This document shows, in pieces, positions 37,954-48,401 of a stretch of 64,000 bases of DNA. Position numbers and translations under genes: made by a program. The stretch covers positions 5,359 through 69,358 of the forward strand of contig JBHHUN010000004.1 of the NCBI GenBank assembly GCA_046753765.1, given 5' to 3'. The notes below the pieces were generated by a model, which searched no databases, was not told the DNA's origin, and was given only the letters and a program-made list of their open reading frames with translations. Each line of letters opens with the position of its first letter. Within the stretch, counting starts at the first letter, position 1. Source of the stretch: Candidatus Dojkabacteria bacterium. Its GTDB lineage: Bacteria; Patescibacteriota; Dojkabacteria; B142; OLB20.

Positions 37954-38637
37954 CTATTCAGTTACTATATTGATAGGTCTTGCAAATAGATTGATCTCTA
38001 TTGTCAGAATTGTGTCTTTTAACTTGTCCCTCTCTTCCTGAGATTCAGGCAATACAATGATTTCGAGCTCATCGTAGCCGTCTTTTTCAAAACGTAGTTT
38101 ACGCTGATCGCTTATGTCAAGATTTACGTCTTTAAGTGGTGTTTCACCAATAAACTGATTATCAAGAAATACATTGATTTTTTCCGGGCTGGAAAAAATC
38201 TCCAGCAACGGGCTTCCAGGCGATGCAAAGCTTTTTCTTGCATAAAGAATATGCCCTTCCGAGAACGTTTCACTTGGACCAATCTCGTACCCTACAATCA
38301 CGTCGATCTGTGGCTCAAAGTTGATCTTGCGAACAACCTCTTCATAATCCTCGTGGTTCCTCCTCCTTAGCAACACTGTGTGTTCTCCGGGATCTATAGG
38401 AAAAATCTCTAAAAGATCGGTCTCTGGAGAAGCAGTATCTCTATATTCACCATCAATAAATATATCTATCTCACCTGTTAAGGATTTTACTTTGAGTGCC
38501 GAGAATTCCTCTTTAGCCTCAATCCCGAGAAGATTTGTAAGACTCAGGTTCCAGTTTTGCCATGGGGACCACACCGCAAGCACGAGCAGGCCAGACAATA
38601 TCAGTATTACTAACGCTATCTTTTTTAGTATATTCAT
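37954..38637 (-). CDS. Hypothetical secreted protein (signal peptide and beta-rich PEGA-like domain)
   Basis: 227 aa with an N-terminal signal/TM. Its stop abuts the start of the 1054-aa gene, so it is likely co-transcribed. Confidence 0.35.
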   Translation of the reverse strand: MNILKKIALVILILSGLLVLAVWSPWQNWNLSLTNLLGIEAKEEFSALKVKSLTGEIDIFIDGEYRDTASPETDLLEIFPIDPGEHTVLLRRRNHEDYEEVVRKINFEPQIDVIVGYEIGPSETFSEGHILYARKSFASPGSPLLEIFSSPEKINVFLDNQFIGETPLKDVNLDISDQRKLRFEKDGYDELEIIVLPESQEERDKLKDTILTIEINLFARPINIVTE

Positions 38638-38742
38638 TGCAATTCAAAGCCACCCTCTCCAGGGAGGACTTATGAAAAATTATAGCAGTTGGCAAGACCC
38701 ATGACTACAGGGGAATCCTGATTAATTTTGTGTTTTGGAGAC

Positions 38743-39147
38743 TTAGCGCTTGGAGTATTGCTCTGCTTTGCGGGCTTTTCGAAGACCGGTCTTCTTTCTT
38801 TCCACCATGCGTGGATCACGAGTAAGAAAACCATGCTTTTTAAGTTCACCACGAAAAGTTGGATCAACAAGAAGCAGCGCTCTAGAAAGGGCGTGCCTGA
38901 TAGCCCCCGCCTGTCCTCTTACGCCACCACCTACAGTTTTGGCGGTGAAGTAAAAGCTGCCGGCTTTGCCGAGAACAGCAAAGGGTTCTAAAATGTACTT
39001 CTGATCTGATTTCCCAGGATATCGCTCTTCAAAAGTCTTGTCATTAACACTTGATTGTCCCTTGCCGGAAAACAAACGAATAGTTGCCACAGCATTTTTT
39101 CTGCGTCCTTTTGCGTAAGCATATTTTGCCAATTTTGCGTCTGCCAT
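38743..39147 (-). CDS. rpsI: 30S ribosomal protein S9
   Basis: The C-terminus GLRKARKAEQYSKR is canonical for S9. Confidence 0.9.
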   Translation of the reverse strand: MADAKLAKYAYAKGRRKNAVATIRLFSGKGQSSVNDKTFEERYPGKSDQKYILEPFAVLGKAGSFYFTAKTVGGGVRGQAGAIRHALSRALLLVDPTFRGELKKHGFLTRDPRMVERKKTGLRKARKAEQYSKR

Positions 39148-39152
39148 GTTAG

Positions 39153-39587
39153 TTATTTAAGTTTAATTTCAGTAGGTTTTTGAGACTCATGTGCGTGCTT
39201 GCTACCTTCAAACACATACAGATTACTAAACATCTCTCTACCCAGCTTTGTCTTTGGAAGCATCCCCTTTACAGCCTTCTCTATGACTAGATTTGGTTTT
39301 CGCTCTAGAAGACTCCCGAGCTTCTCTACTTTCAGGTTACCAATGTATCCTGAGTGTCTGTAGTACTTCTTCTGCTCAAGTTTTCTGTGATAAACATCAA
39401 GTTTGGCTGAATTAATCACAATGACGGCATCGCCATTGTCCATGTTGGTTGTTTTACTAACTTTGTGCTTCCCAATCAGTAGTTTAGCAACCTCACTGGC
39501 AATCTTGCCCAACCGAACCCCACTGGCATCAACGATAAACCAGTCTCGCTTTAGCTCGGATTTTTTTATTGCTCTGGTTAGTTTCAT
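39153..39587 (-). CDS. rplM: 50S ribosomal protein L13
   Basis: WFIVDASGVRLGKIASEVAKLLIGKHK. Confidence 0.9.
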   Translation of the reverse strand: MKLTRAIKKSELKRDWFIVDASGVRLGKIASEVAKLLIGKHKVSKTTNMDNGDAVIVINSAKLDVYHRKLEQKKYYRHSGYIGNLKVEKLGSLLERKPNLVIEKAVKGMLPKTKLGREMFSNLYVFEGSKHAHESQKPTEIKLK

Positions 39588-40120
39588 TATATTCCTGATC
39601 TTGATTTAGCTTTACCCTGTACAGAATCCGCCTTCACTTGGCTTGATCGGGCTGTGTCTCTCATTGCACTCGGCCCCACCTCATCGGCTTGTTTTTCCTG
39701 TTTCTTTGTTTTTTTACTTTTCTTACTTCCAGCTTCTTTCGATTTGGTACCAATATCTTTATACGTATAGCCTTTTACAAACATCTGCACCATTTCAGCG
39801 TTGTCACCGGATCTGTTGCCAAGTTTATACAAACTAATAAATCCGCTTTTATCGTTTTTAAACCTGGGTTTAAAAACCTCCATAACTTTGCTAACTGCAT
39901 TTTGGTCAAATAGCATCTGCCCAAGCTTACGTTTTGCAAGTGGGTCAGCCTTTCTAGACACACTTATAAGTTTATCAAACAAAGGAATGACCGCCTTTGC
40001 ACGCGAACGTGTCGTGCTTACATGCTCATAAAGCACGAGGCTGGTAAGCAGGTTTTTCTTAACTGCCGTCCTGTGCGCTTTATCTCTGTTTAGTTTTGAC
40101 AGATGTTTCTTTGAATCCAT
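39587..40120 (-). CDS. rplQ: 50S ribosomal protein L17, with a C-terminal Lys-rich extension
   Basis: KAHRTAVKKNLLTSLVLYEHVSTTRSRAK, plus a roughly 50-aa basic tail. Confidence 0.85.
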   Translation of the reverse strand: MDSKKHLSKLNRDKAHRTAVKKNLLTSLVLYEHVSTTRSRAKAVIPLFDKLISVSRKADPLAKRKLGQMLFDQNAVSKVMEVFKPRFKNDKSGFISLYKLGNRSGDNAEMVQMFVKGYTYKDIGTKSKEAGSKKSKKTKKQEKQADEVGPSAMRDTARSSQVKADSVQGKAKSRSGI

Positions 40121-40125
40121 AAGTG

Positions 40126-41067
40126 TTAGCTTGCAAATCCGATCTCATGCTCCTGCATGATCTCTTCAAGCTCAGTTAATGATTTCTGTCCCATTCCTCT
40201 GAAATTGCCAACCTCTTCGCGGGCTCTCTCACGTAGATCCTTAAGGTCTGTGATGCCTGCATTTAGGAGGGCATTGGTTAATCTAGTTGAAAGGTTCAGT
40301 TCGCTGATGAGAATCTTCTCCTCTTCTTCCTCAACCTGCTGCTCTTGTTGTAACATCTCCTCTGCAAGCTTTGAATCTCCACCAAGGATATCAACAAGCC
40401 GATTGGCAAGCTCGTCATATATCTCAGCTGCCTTGAGCAGTGTTTCAGAAGGAGCGACAGTGCCGTTTGTAATTACCTCTAGAGTAATCTGATCAAGGTT
40501 AGTATACTGACCCACGCGTGCCTGACCAATCTCAACTCTCACTCTCTTCACGGGGCTGAAAACAGAATCGATCGGAATTATTCCGATCTCTTTGCGTTTG
40601 CTTTCATCGGCGTATGAGTACCCAATTCCCTTTTCGAGAGTCAACTCAATGTTCAAATTGGTGTTCTTTGTCAAAGTTGCCACCTCAAGATCTTTGCTAA
40701 CAACCTCTACCTCACTCGGAACTTCAAAGTCACCAGCTTTAACGGTAAGTAAGTCACCCTTCTTACCCTTAACAGATAATTTCAGCACCTGAGGCTCATC
40801 TGTATGCATCTTAACTGCAAGCTCTTTAAGTTTCAGCAAGAGTGTAATTATATCTTCTTGCAAACCCTCAAGTGTGGAATACTCATGTTTTATACCATCA
40901 ATTTTGACTGCGGTAATTGCAGCACCCTCAATCGACGAGAGCAGTATTCTCCGAAGGGAATTTGCAAGCGTATGACCGAAACCTTTTGGTAAAGGCCCTA
41001 TCTCAAACACTCCTGAAGTATCGTTCTCTTCGATTATTTTTACCTTGAATTGGTCTAACTTGATCAT
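40126..41067 (-). CDS. rpoA: DNA-directed RNA polymerase subunit alpha
   Basis: 313 aa with an N-terminal dimerisation domain and a C-terminal CTD (LSTRLTNALLNAGI). Confidence 0.9.
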   Translation of the reverse strand: MIKLDQFKVKIIEENDTSGVFEIGPLPKGFGHTLANSLRRILLSSIEGAAITAVKIDGIKHEYSTLEGLQEDIITLLLKLKELAVKMHTDEPQVLKLSVKGKKGDLLTVKAGDFEVPSEVEVVSKDLEVATLTKNTNLNIELTLEKGIGYSYADESKRKEIGIIPIDSVFSPVKRVRVEIGQARVGQYTNLDQITLEVITNGTVAPSETLLKAAEIYDELANRLVDILGGDSKLAEEMLQQEQQVEEEEEKILISELNLSTRLTNALLNAGITDLKDLRERAREEVGNFRGMGQKSLTELEEIMQEHEIGFAS

Positions 41068-41095
41068 AATAATTAGACAGCAATAAATTTAAATA

Positions 41096-41680
41096 TTACC
41101 TAGAGTAAAGCTCGATAATCAGCTGTTCCCTAATTGACTGGTCAAGCATATCTCTAGTTGGCACACTTTTAACCTTTCCGGCTGAAAGCCATCCGGGGCG
41201 TGCCTCCTGTTTTGTTTCTGCTTTGACCGTTTTTGCGATGTCCGATTTTCCAAACTTCGGACCAAACTCTACCTCATCACCAACTGATACGCTGTACGAA
41301 GGTATATCAACTTTTTCGCCATTGACAGTAATATGTCCATGATTTACAAACTGTCTGGCTTGATTTCTTGTTTTTGCTAACCCGAGTCGGAAAGCAACGT
41401 TATCAAGTCTCATTTCGAGTAACTGAAGTAGCCTAGTACCTGTATTACCAGTTGCTTTGCTTGCCTTTTTGTATAGATTTCGAAACTGCTTCTCCATTAA
41501 CCCATAGGTTCTTTTTACCTTCTGCTTCTCTCTAAATTGTTGCGCATATTCTGATGGCCTGGACCTACTGACTGGATGCTCTCCAGGAAGAGTGGGTCTG
41601 CGTCGCCATTTTTCGTCACCAAAAACATCAGCATTTTCTCTTCTGCTGATCTTCCATTTTGGTCCTGTATATCTTGCCAT
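41096..41680 (-). CDS. rpsD: 30S ribosomal protein S4
   Basis: MARYTGPKWKISRRE. Confidence 0.9.
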   Translation of the reverse strand: MARYTGPKWKISRRENADVFGDEKWRRRPTLPGEHPVSRSRPSEYAQQFREKQKVKRTYGLMEKQFRNLYKKASKATGNTGTRLLQLLEMRLDNVAFRLGLAKTRNQARQFVNHGHITVNGEKVDIPSYSVSVGDEVEFGPKFGKSDIAKTVKAETKQEARPGWLSAGKVKSVPTRDMLDQSIREQLIIELYSR

Positions 41681-41717
41681 TTTTCAAAATCGTCTAAATA
41701 CTAATTATGCTTGCTAT

Positions 41718-42158
41718 TTAAGATCCTCGCGGTTTCTTTCGCGGGGATACCCCTCCGTGAGGAAGTGGTGTGTGATCAGACAGCGATGTAATCCTGAGCC
41801 CTGCTGAACGAAGTCCTTTCACGGCTGCCTGACGACCGAGCCCAGTACCTTTGATAATTACATTAGCCTGCTTGACACCAAATTTCTGTGCCTTCATTAC
41901 TGCATCCTCAGCTGCCCTTGTCGCAGCGTATGAAGTACTCTTTCTTGAGCCGGTAAAACCGACAACACCCGGACTGCTCCACGTGAGTACCATTCCTGCC
42001 TGGTCTGCTACAGAAATTATCGTATTGTTGTAACTCGATTTAATATAGAAAGTTGCCTTTTGAACTTGTATCTTCTTTTTCTTCTTCTTAGAGACAGCTT
42101 TACCCCTTTCTTTCTTCTTACCGTCTTTCTTTGATTTTTTATCTTTCTTTTTTGCCAT
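41718..42158 (-). CDS. rpsK: 30S ribosomal protein S11, with an N-terminal Lys-rich extension
   Basis: A conserved S11 core follows a roughly 30-aa K-rich leader. Confidence 0.9.
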   Translation of the reverse strand: MAKKKDKKSKKDGKKKERGKAVSKKKKKKIQVQKATFYIKSSYNNTIISVADQAGMVLTWSSPGVVGFTGSRKSTSYAATRAAEDAVMKAQKFGVKQANVIIKGTGLGRQAAVKGLRSAGLRITSLSDHTPLPHGGVSPRKKPRGS

Positions 42159-42165
42159 TATTTAT

Positions 42166-42546
42166 TTATGTCTTTTCAATCTTTCGTTTAAGACCACCAA
42201 CAGCAATGTTTTTACCTTTTCTGGTAATTGCGTTAGTTCTTGTACGCTGGCCCCTTACAGGCAATCCAAGCTTGTGCCTTACCCCTCTATAGGTACGAAT
42301 ATCCTTGAGCCTTTTTATATTTCGAAAGACTGTCTGCTTAAGTTCGCCCTCGAGTACCATTCCAGAAAGTACATTCGCTATTCTTTTCACTTCCGCTGCT
42401 TTCAGCTCATTCACTCTTATGTCAGGCTTCACATTTGCCTGTAGAAGCACTTTATTAGAGGTAGGAACACCAACACCATATATATACGTTAGCGCTATCT
42501 CAACTCTCTTGTTATCTGGTAGGTCTACACCTGCAATTCTTGCCAT
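42166..42546 (-). CDS. rpsM: 30S ribosomal protein S13
   Basis: MARIAGVDLPDNKRVEIALTYIYGVG. Confidence 0.9.
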   Translation of the reverse strand: MARIAGVDLPDNKRVEIALTYIYGVGVPTSNKVLLQANVKPDIRVNELKAAEVKRIANVLSGMVLEGELKQTVFRNIKRLKDIRTYRGVRHKLGLPVRGQRTRTNAITRKGKNIAVGGLKRKIEKT

Positions 42547-42554
42547 AAGTTTTT

Positions 42555-42686
42555 TTATCCCTGCCTTTGTTTGTGACGGGGGTTTCTTTTACAATAAATA
42601 TAAACTACTCTTTTGCCTTTGGCATTTCGCCTTTTGACAACGTAACAGTGTTCGCATCTTGTTTTCGCTGAAGCTTTTACTTTCAT
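42555..42686 (-). CDS. rpmJ: 50S ribosomal protein L36
   Basis: This ORF is not in the ORF track because it is under 60 aa. Manual translation gives [43 protein letters not shown], the Zn-ribbon L36 signature. Confidence 0.8.
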   Translation of the reverse strand: MKVKASAKTRCEHCYVVKRRNAKGKRVVYIYCKRNPRHKQRQG

Positions 42687-42688
42687 TA

Positions 42689-42952
42689 TTAGTATCTGTA
42701 TGTAATTCTTCCTTTAGTAAGATCATAAGGTGTCATCACCACCTCAACCTCATCGCCGACCTGTAACTTGATATAGTGCATCCTCATCTTTCCGGAGATA
42801 TACCCCATAATCTCATGTTCGTTGCCCTGCAGCTCTATCCCAACCCTAAACTTTGTTCCAGGTAGTGTTTCGAGGACTTTGCCTCTTACCTTGAACGTTT
42901 TTTTAGGGTCAACCACAGCCATGCCTTTACGACTACTATTTATAAATAACAC
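42689..42952 (-). CDS. infA: Translation initiation factor IF-1
   Basis: The S1-like OB fold reads [17 protein letters not shown]...[16 protein letters not shown]. Confidence 0.9.
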   Translation of the reverse strand: MLFINSSRKGMAVVDPKKTFKVRGKVLETLPGTKFRVGIELQGNEHEIMGYISGKMRMHYIKLQVGDEVEVVMTPYDLTKGRITYRY

Positions 42953-43018
42953 ACGAAATGGCGCTACAGAAGCGCTGTTTGATTATAACAGATGGATTCT
43001 ATCTGTACAACAAAGGAT

Positions 43019-43771
43019 CTATTTAATTGTCAATATCTCAGGTGAATTATCCTTCACCAAAACAGTGTGTTCAAAAATCGCTGAACGTTTTCCATCAATC
43101 GTTCTTGTTGTCCAACCATCGTCCTCAAAGATTAAGTCGCTTTCACCCTCATTAATCATCGCCTCAATTGCTAGAATCATTCCATCTTTCAACTTTGTTC
43201 CTTTACCGGGGTCACCGAAGCAAGGAATAGCCGGCTCTTCATGTAGTTTCTTACCGATACCGTGTCCTGTCATCACCGTTATTACGGAGAAGCCCGCAAG
43301 AATTGCAATCTGTTCAATGGCATTTCCAATGTCTCCCGTTGTATTTCCGTCTAACGCCTGTTTTATTCCTGCCAGTAAAGCCAGTTTAGTTGTTTTTATT
43401 AGTTTGTCCCCCTCATTGTCAATTTCACCAACACCAAACGTACATGCATGATCCGAATATAGCCCCTGATGCTTAATCCCCATGTCGATACTAATCAGGT
43501 CGCCGGCCTTTAAAACCTCTTTATCAGAAGGGATACCATGAACGGCAATATCATCTAATCCTACGCACAAAGTTGCTGGGAAGTCATTATACCCCAGAAA
43601 CGCCGGCTCAACATTATTTTTTTTACAAAGATCGTTCGCTATTTCATCCAGTAATGCGGTTGATACTCCTGGCTTCACGTTGGAAGCTATCTCGTCCATG
43701 ATACCTGCCAGAATTTTCCCCGCTGACCTCATGATCTCAACCTCATTTTTTTGTTTAATAGTCGGTGCCAT
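43019..43771 (-). CDS. map: Methionine aminopeptidase, type I
   Basis: 250 aa with a pita-bread fold and the metal ligands D..D..H..E..E in conserved context. Confidence 0.85.
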   Translation of the reverse strand: MAPTIKQKNEVEIMRSAGKILAGIMDEIASNVKPGVSTALLDEIANDLCKKNNVEPAFLGYNDFPATLCVGLDDIAVHGIPSDKEVLKAGDLISIDMGIKHQGLYSDHACTFGVGEIDNEGDKLIKTTKLALLAGIKQALDGNTTGDIGNAIEQIAILAGFSVITVMTGHGIGKKLHEEPAIPCFGDPGKGTKLKDGMILAIEAMINEGESDLIFEDDGWTTRTIDGKRSAIFEHTVLVKDNSPEILTIK

Positions 43772-45256
43772 TTACTTGTACTGATCGTAGCTGCTTGTAA
43801 CAGTGAGCGCTTTCATCTGCCGGAATGTATCCAAACTGACTCCAACGATAATCAGGATACTGGTACCTCCAATTCCACTTATAAGCGTCAGATGTGACCC
43901 CTGAGGCGTAAGCCTGATTAGATTTGGAATAATAGCAATGATAGCTAGAAAGAAACTTCCCACTACCGTTAGTCGTATCAGTACATGCGTAATATATTTT
44001 TGGGTAGCCATACCTGGGCGGAGTCCGGGTATGAAACCTCCGCTCTTCTTAAGGTTGTCAGCTGTCTCACTTGGTTTATAGGTAACAAATGTATAAAAGA
44101 ATGTAAAAGCAACTATCAACACAAAAAATGTAGCAAAATATTTAAAATTATCTTCAGGGCTTAAACTGCCAAGGTTTACACCAAGAAATGAGTTATTAAT
44201 TGAATTTCCGATCTGGTATAGAAATGAATTCGGGTCGGCAGAACTTAAAAAGAACTGCGAGACTATCTGTGGAAAACTTAGTAAGGCCGAAGCAAAAATT
44301 ACTGGTATAACGCCAGCCTGATTAATCTTAAGTGGAAGGTAACTGCTCTGCACTCCCTCTGCTCCACGAAACCTCCTGGCATACTGAATAGTTATCTTTC
44401 TAACCGCTTCAGTCACATAAACAATTCCGGCAACCAGTGCGGCAAACCCGAGAATCACAAGATAAATGAGCACAAAATTCTCATTAATTAAAACATTAAA
44501 GTTTCCCTGCGCAAGCAGCGAAAAATCATTAGCCAAAAAGGCGAAGTCTCTGGAGATTAGCCCCGGCAGAGATGTCAAAATACTGATGGTGATCAGGATG
44601 GATATACCATTTCCGATACCATTCTCTGTAATAAGCTCTCCAAGCCACATCAGCAAGATACTACCAGCTGTAAGTGCAGTAATCATTGTGAGTACCTCGA
44701 AATTTGAAATGTTATCAACTATTCCTGCTAACTCTGGAACGGTAGACCCAACGTTTCGCAGTATTGTTAAGATCACGAAACCCTGAACTATGCTGAGTGG
44801 CACAGTAAGAAACCTCGTATACTGATTAATAACTTTTCTACCACGTTCACCTTCCTTGGATAACTCTTCAAGTTTTGGAATTACGGTCTGCAACAACTGA
44901 ATAATAATAGATGCATTAATATATGCTCCCAGTCCGATCGCCATCAGGGACGGATTATCAAGTCTCCCACCGGTAACCAAGGTGAACAGATTTGTCAGGG
45001 GATTACCACCAAATACCTCGGTAAAAAGTGTTACGTCTATCCCCGGAAGCGGAACAGATGCAAGAATTCTGTAAACAACGATAATTCCGAATGTAAATAT
45101 CAGCTTCTTTCGAATTTCTGGACTACGGAGGGAATCGAAAAGACTTGTTGATGGAGCTGCCTCTGCAGCCTTTTTTGAGACTTTTCGACCTGCCCTTCTG
45201 AGTAACCCTAATGGAGATGTTAGCAGTTTTACAGATTTGCTGAGCGTTTTCTTCAT
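43772..45256 (-). CDS. secY: Preprotein translocase subunit SecY
   Basis: 494 aa with 10 TM helices. It is followed directly by map, with no adk between them. Confidence 0.9.
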   Translation of the reverse strand: MKKTLSKSVKLLTSPLGLLRRAGRKVSKKAAEAAPSTSLFDSLRSPEIRKKLIFTFGIIVVYRILASVPLPGIDVTLFTEVFGGNPLTNLFTLVTGGRLDNPSLMAIGLGAYINASIIIQLLQTVIPKLEELSKEGERGRKVINQYTRFLTVPLSIVQGFVILTILRNVGSTVPELAGIVDNISNFEVLTMITALTAGSILLMWLGELITENGIGNGISILITISILTSLPGLISRDFAFLANDFSLLAQGNFNVLINENFVLIYLVILGFAALVAGIVYVTEAVRKITIQYARRFRGAEGVQSSYLPLKINQAGVIPVIFASALLSFPQIVSQFFLSSADPNSFLYQIGNSINNSFLGVNLGSLSPEDNFKYFATFFVLIVAFTFFYTFVTYKPSETADNLKKSGGFIPGLRPGMATQKYITHVLIRLTVVGSFFLAIIAIIPNLIRLTPQGSHLTLISGIGGTSILIIVGVSLDTFRQMKALTVTSSYDQYK

Positions 45257-45726
45257 GTTTGTTTTGCCGACAGTGTTTTTATGCTCCCACCCTTTGCCTC
45301 AATCATCTTTTTTGCATTTTCAGAGACCGGAATTCCGTCTACAGTAAGCTTTTTTGTAATTTTTCCTTTAGCAAGGATCTTTATGCTGTTGGTTTTACTT
45401 CTAGATCTTATGACCCCCTTCTCTATAAGACTCGAGATATCAATGGTCTCACCAGAGGCATACATCTCGTTTAGATCCCCAACATTTACAACGGTTGGAT
45501 TTACCCTTGCCATGAAGTACCCCCTTCTGAAGCCTTTAAGCTTGGGTATCCTTCTTGATAGAGGCATAGCTCCCCCCTCAAACCCTCTTCGGGCTGGCTT
45601 GTATCCCGATCTTGATTTCTGACCTTTCTGACCCCGGCCTACTGTGTGCCCCCCCTTTGCTGAACCATAGCCACGACCAATTCTCTTAGATTTCCTAGTT
45701 TTTATTTTCGGTAGATTATTTAGCAT
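45253..45726 (-). CDS. rplO: 50S ribosomal protein L15
   Basis: KRIGRGYGSAKGGHTVGRGQKGQKSRSG. Confidence 0.9.
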   Translation of the reverse strand: MLNNLPKIKTRKSKRIGRGYGSAKGGHTVGRGQKGQKSRSGYKPARRGFEGGAMPLSRRIPKLKGFRRGYFMARVNPTVVNVGDLNEMYASGETIDISSLIEKGVIRSRSKTNSIKILAKGKITKKLTVDGIPVSENAKKMIEAKGGSIKTLSAKQT

Positions 45727-46309
45727 TTTTTCGTTTGTATCCTTTGAGTAAACTTAGTGCCTCAACAGTTGCATATACATTCGAAATGGCGTTTGGTGTT
45801 CCAATCGATTTAGTTAGGATATCTTTTACACCAACCAACTCCAACACTGCTCGCATCGAACCGCCTGCTATTACACCAGTACCGGGAGCTGCTGGTTTCA
45901 TAAAAATTCTGGCAGCACCGTGTTTGTAATCAATTCTGTGGGGTATTGTTGTACCCTTGAGGTTGATGTCTTTCATGTTCTTCTTTGCTGTGTTGTATGC
46001 TTTCTGCTCTGCAGATCTTACATCCGTTCCTTTACCAAGACCTACTCCGACCTTTCCTTTTTTGTCACCAACAACTACGAGCACACTCAGTCTCATACGT
46101 TTACCACCAGAATACGTTCTGGAGACACGTCTTATGGAAACGATCTTCTTATCAAGACCGTCTTCGTTGTTGCGATTTCTATCTCGTCTTTGCCCGCGCC
46201 CTCTTCCACCAGGTTTGTTGCCCCTCGATCTTTGACCTTGCGTTCTACGACTAGGTGAGCCTTTTGCTACGTTCGTATTGGTTTTTGGGTTTGATTTTGC
46301 TTCAGCCAT
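45716..46309 (-). CDS. rpsE: 30S ribosomal protein S5, with an N-terminal RG/K-rich extension
   Basis: Conserved S5 dsRBD and C-terminal domains. Its 3' end overlaps rplO directly, with no rpmD (L30) between them. Confidence 0.9.
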   Translation of the reverse strand: MAEAKSNPKTNTNVAKGSPSRRTQGQRSRGNKPGGRGRGQRRDRNRNNEDGLDKKIVSIRRVSRTYSGGKRMRLSVLVVVGDKKGKVGVGLGKGTDVRSAEQKAYNTAKKNMKDINLKGTTIPHRIDYKHGAARIFMKPAAPGTGVIAGGSMRAVLELVGVKDILTKSIGTPNAISNVYATVEALSLLKGYKRKNAK

Positions 46310-46318
46310 AATTATTTA

Positions 46319-46663
46319 TTAAAACTTGAGTCCTCCCTCTCTGGCGGCTTCTGCCAGTGATTTAACCCTGCCATGGAATTTGTATCCATTTCGATCAAAT
46401 ACAACCTTTGATATTTTTTTGGTTTTTGCTTTTTTAGCAAGTTCGCTACCTACTGCTTTTGCCATATCTGACTTTGCACCCTTTGTTTTCATCTTCACAT
46501 CGGAGGCCTGCACCAGAGTCTTACCGCTCTCATCATCAACCAGTTGGGCGTATATATGGTTGTTTGATCTAAAGACACTTAAACGTGGTCTGCCTGCTTT
46601 GCCGGATATGACCCCCCTTACCTTTCTTTTCCTTCTGTGTCTGTTTATCTGTTTTTTTAACAT
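46319..46663 (-). CDS. rplR: 50S ribosomal protein L18
   Basis: Family match. Confidence 0.85.
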   Translation of the reverse strand: MLKKQINRHRRKRKVRGVISGKAGRPRLSVFRSNNHIYAQLVDDESGKTLVQASDVKMKTKGAKSDMAKAVGSELAKKAKTKKISKVVFDRNGYKFHGRVKSLAEAAREGGLKF

Positions 46664-47247
46664 TATTCTGTCGTGATATTTGCTTTACCTGATTTGCGTC
46701 TGATTTGTTCGCCTGCATATCTGATACCTTTACCTTTGTACGGTTCGGGCTTCCTAAGAGCCCTGATCTCCGCAGCTACCTGCCCAACTCTTTGTTTATC
46801 AATGCCTGTTACAACAATTGTATTCTGGTCAGCCATGGCTACCTTTACGTCGGCAGGCGGTTCGAAATTTACCTGATGGCTAAAACCCAAATTTAACTCA
46901 ATCCCCTCACCTTTTTGAGCACCTCTGTAACCCACACCGTGAATCTCCAGTTTTTTTTCATATCCATCATTTACTCCCTGGATCATGTTCGCAATCAGCG
47001 TCCTATACAACCCGTGAAACCCCTTTGAGCTTATCTCATCGTTTTTTCTTGTTACTTCAACCTTACCGTCGGTGGCAGAAATAGTTACTCCTTTATTTAT
47101 CGATTGCGTGAGCTCTCCCTGTGTCCCCTTTACAGTCACGGTCTGATTACCAAAGGTGCCACCTTTTTCAACCGTAATAGTGATTTTACTGCTATCGTAT
47201 TCAATTGGCATTTGTCCAACTTTTGACATGTTTACCAGATCATACAC
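46663..47247 (-). CDS. rplF: 50S ribosomal protein L6
   Basis: Family match. Confidence 0.85.
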   Translation of the reverse strand: MYDLVNMSKVGQMPIEYDSSKITITVEKGGTFGNQTVTVKGTQGELTQSINKGVTISATDGKVEVTRKNDEISSKGFHGLYRTLIANMIQGVNDGYEKKLEIHGVGYRGAQKGEGIELNLGFSHQVNFEPPADVKVAMADQNTIVVTGIDKQRVGQVAAEIRALRKPEPYKGKGIRYAGEQIRRKSGKANITTE

Positions 47248-47633
47248 AGGTATTCGCCACCGACCCGCTCGGTGATCGCCTGCTTATCAGTTAATATACC
47301 TTTTGGCGTGGAATAAATTCCGATACCAATGTTATTCAGCACAGGTTTTATATTTCTGTAGGCAACATACTTTCTCAATCCTGGTCTCGACACTCTTTTG
47401 AGCCTGGAGACAACCGGCTTACCGTTTTCGTCATATTTCAATTGAATTCGGATGTTGTCAACAACACTTTCATCGTCTTTTTCAATCTTGTACTCACCAA
47501 TGTATCCCTCCTCTTTGAGAATCTTCACTATTGATTCCAGCATTTTGCTTGTAGGGACAACGACCTCGTCATGAGACCTCATGGTTGCATTTCTTATTCT
47601 TGTTAGTAGATCAGCTATTGGATCGCTTACCAT
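47232..47633 (-). CDS. rpsH: 30S ribosomal protein S8
   Basis: PIADLLTRIRNA. Confidence 0.9.
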   Translation of the reverse strand: MVSDPIADLLTRIRNATMRSHDEVVVPTSKMLESIVKILKEEGYIGEYKIEKDDESVVDNIRIQLKYDENGKPVVSRLKRVSRPGLRKYVAYRNIKPVLNNIGIGIYSTPKGILTDKQAITERVGGEYLCMIW

Positions 47634-47649
47634 TGTTGTTTTCTAATAA

Positions 47650-47844
47650 TTACCAGGATGCTTTCCGAACTCCTGGGATGTCTCCTGCGTGAGCCCTCTT
47701 TCGAAGACAGATACGACATAATTTAAATAGCCTGTTGTAACCACGCGCTCGACCACATATCTCACAGCGATTAAATACCCTCGACGAATATTTCGATTTT
47801 CTCTTCAGTTTTCTTGATTTTGCTTCCTGTGCGTCTGTTGACAT
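47650..47844 (-). CDS. rpsN: 30S ribosomal protein S14, type Z (zinc-binding)
   Basis: 64 aa with [10 protein letters not shown]...CRICLR. Confidence 0.85.
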   Translation of the reverse strand: MSTDAQEAKSRKLKRKSKYSSRVFNRCEICGRARGYNRLFKLCRICLRKRAHAGDIPGVRKASW

Positions 47845-47846
47845 AG

Positions 47847-48401
47847 TTATTTCTTTTTAAAAGGCATCCCGAGTTTAGTCAGTAGCTTTCTCGCTTCCTC
47901 ATCATTAGTTGCGGACGTGCAGATGATTATCTGCAGCCCTCTAAGTTTACTTACTTTGGTTGCGTCTACCTCAGGGAAAACAGTATGTTCACTTACTCCT
48001 AGAGCATAATTACCTCTTTTGTCAAATGAGTTCAGCGGGACACCTCTGAAATCTTTTATTCTAGGCAATGCCAGTGTTATTAATCTATCAAGGAAGTACC
48101 ACATCATATCTCTTCGGAGCGTTACCTTCAATCCAATTGGTTGATCCTCCCTGATTTTAAAGTTCGAGATCGCCTGCTTTGCCTTTGTGGCCACAGGGCG
48201 CTGACCTGTGATAAGGGCAATATCCCTGGACATATCCTCGATTATTCCACTGTCATCCTTTGCCTCACCAAGTCCCGAGTTAACGATAATTTTAGTAACA
48301 ATAGGGACAGCCATCACGTTATCAAGCTTGAGCTCTTTTTGAAGCTCCGGTTTTACTTCATCTTCGTATTTCGTCTGTAGTCTTGATTTATCCTTGGCCA
48401 T
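47847..48401 (-). CDS. rplE: 50S ribosomal protein L5
   Basis: Family match. Confidence 0.9.
   Translation of the reverse strand: MAKDKSRLQTKYEDEVKPELQKELKLDNVMAVPIVTKIIVNSGLGEAKDDSGIIEDMSRDIALITGQRPVATKAKQAISNFKIREDQPIGLKVTLRRDMMWYFLDRLITLALPRIKDFRGVPLNSFDKRGNYALGVSEHTVFPEVDATKVSKLRGLQIIICTSATNDEEARKLLTKLGMPFKKK

Noticed and set aside
38637-38742. Small CCTC/GAGG hairpin downstream of rpsI as a terminator
   Set aside because: The stem is too short and the minus-strand RNA has no U-run after it.
42822-43451. 209-aa plus-strand ORF and many other 60-200-aa ORFs antisense to ribosomal-protein, secY and map genes
   Set aside because: They are embedded antisense within highly conserved genes, have odd composition and no recognisable family. 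They are typical spurious ORFs.
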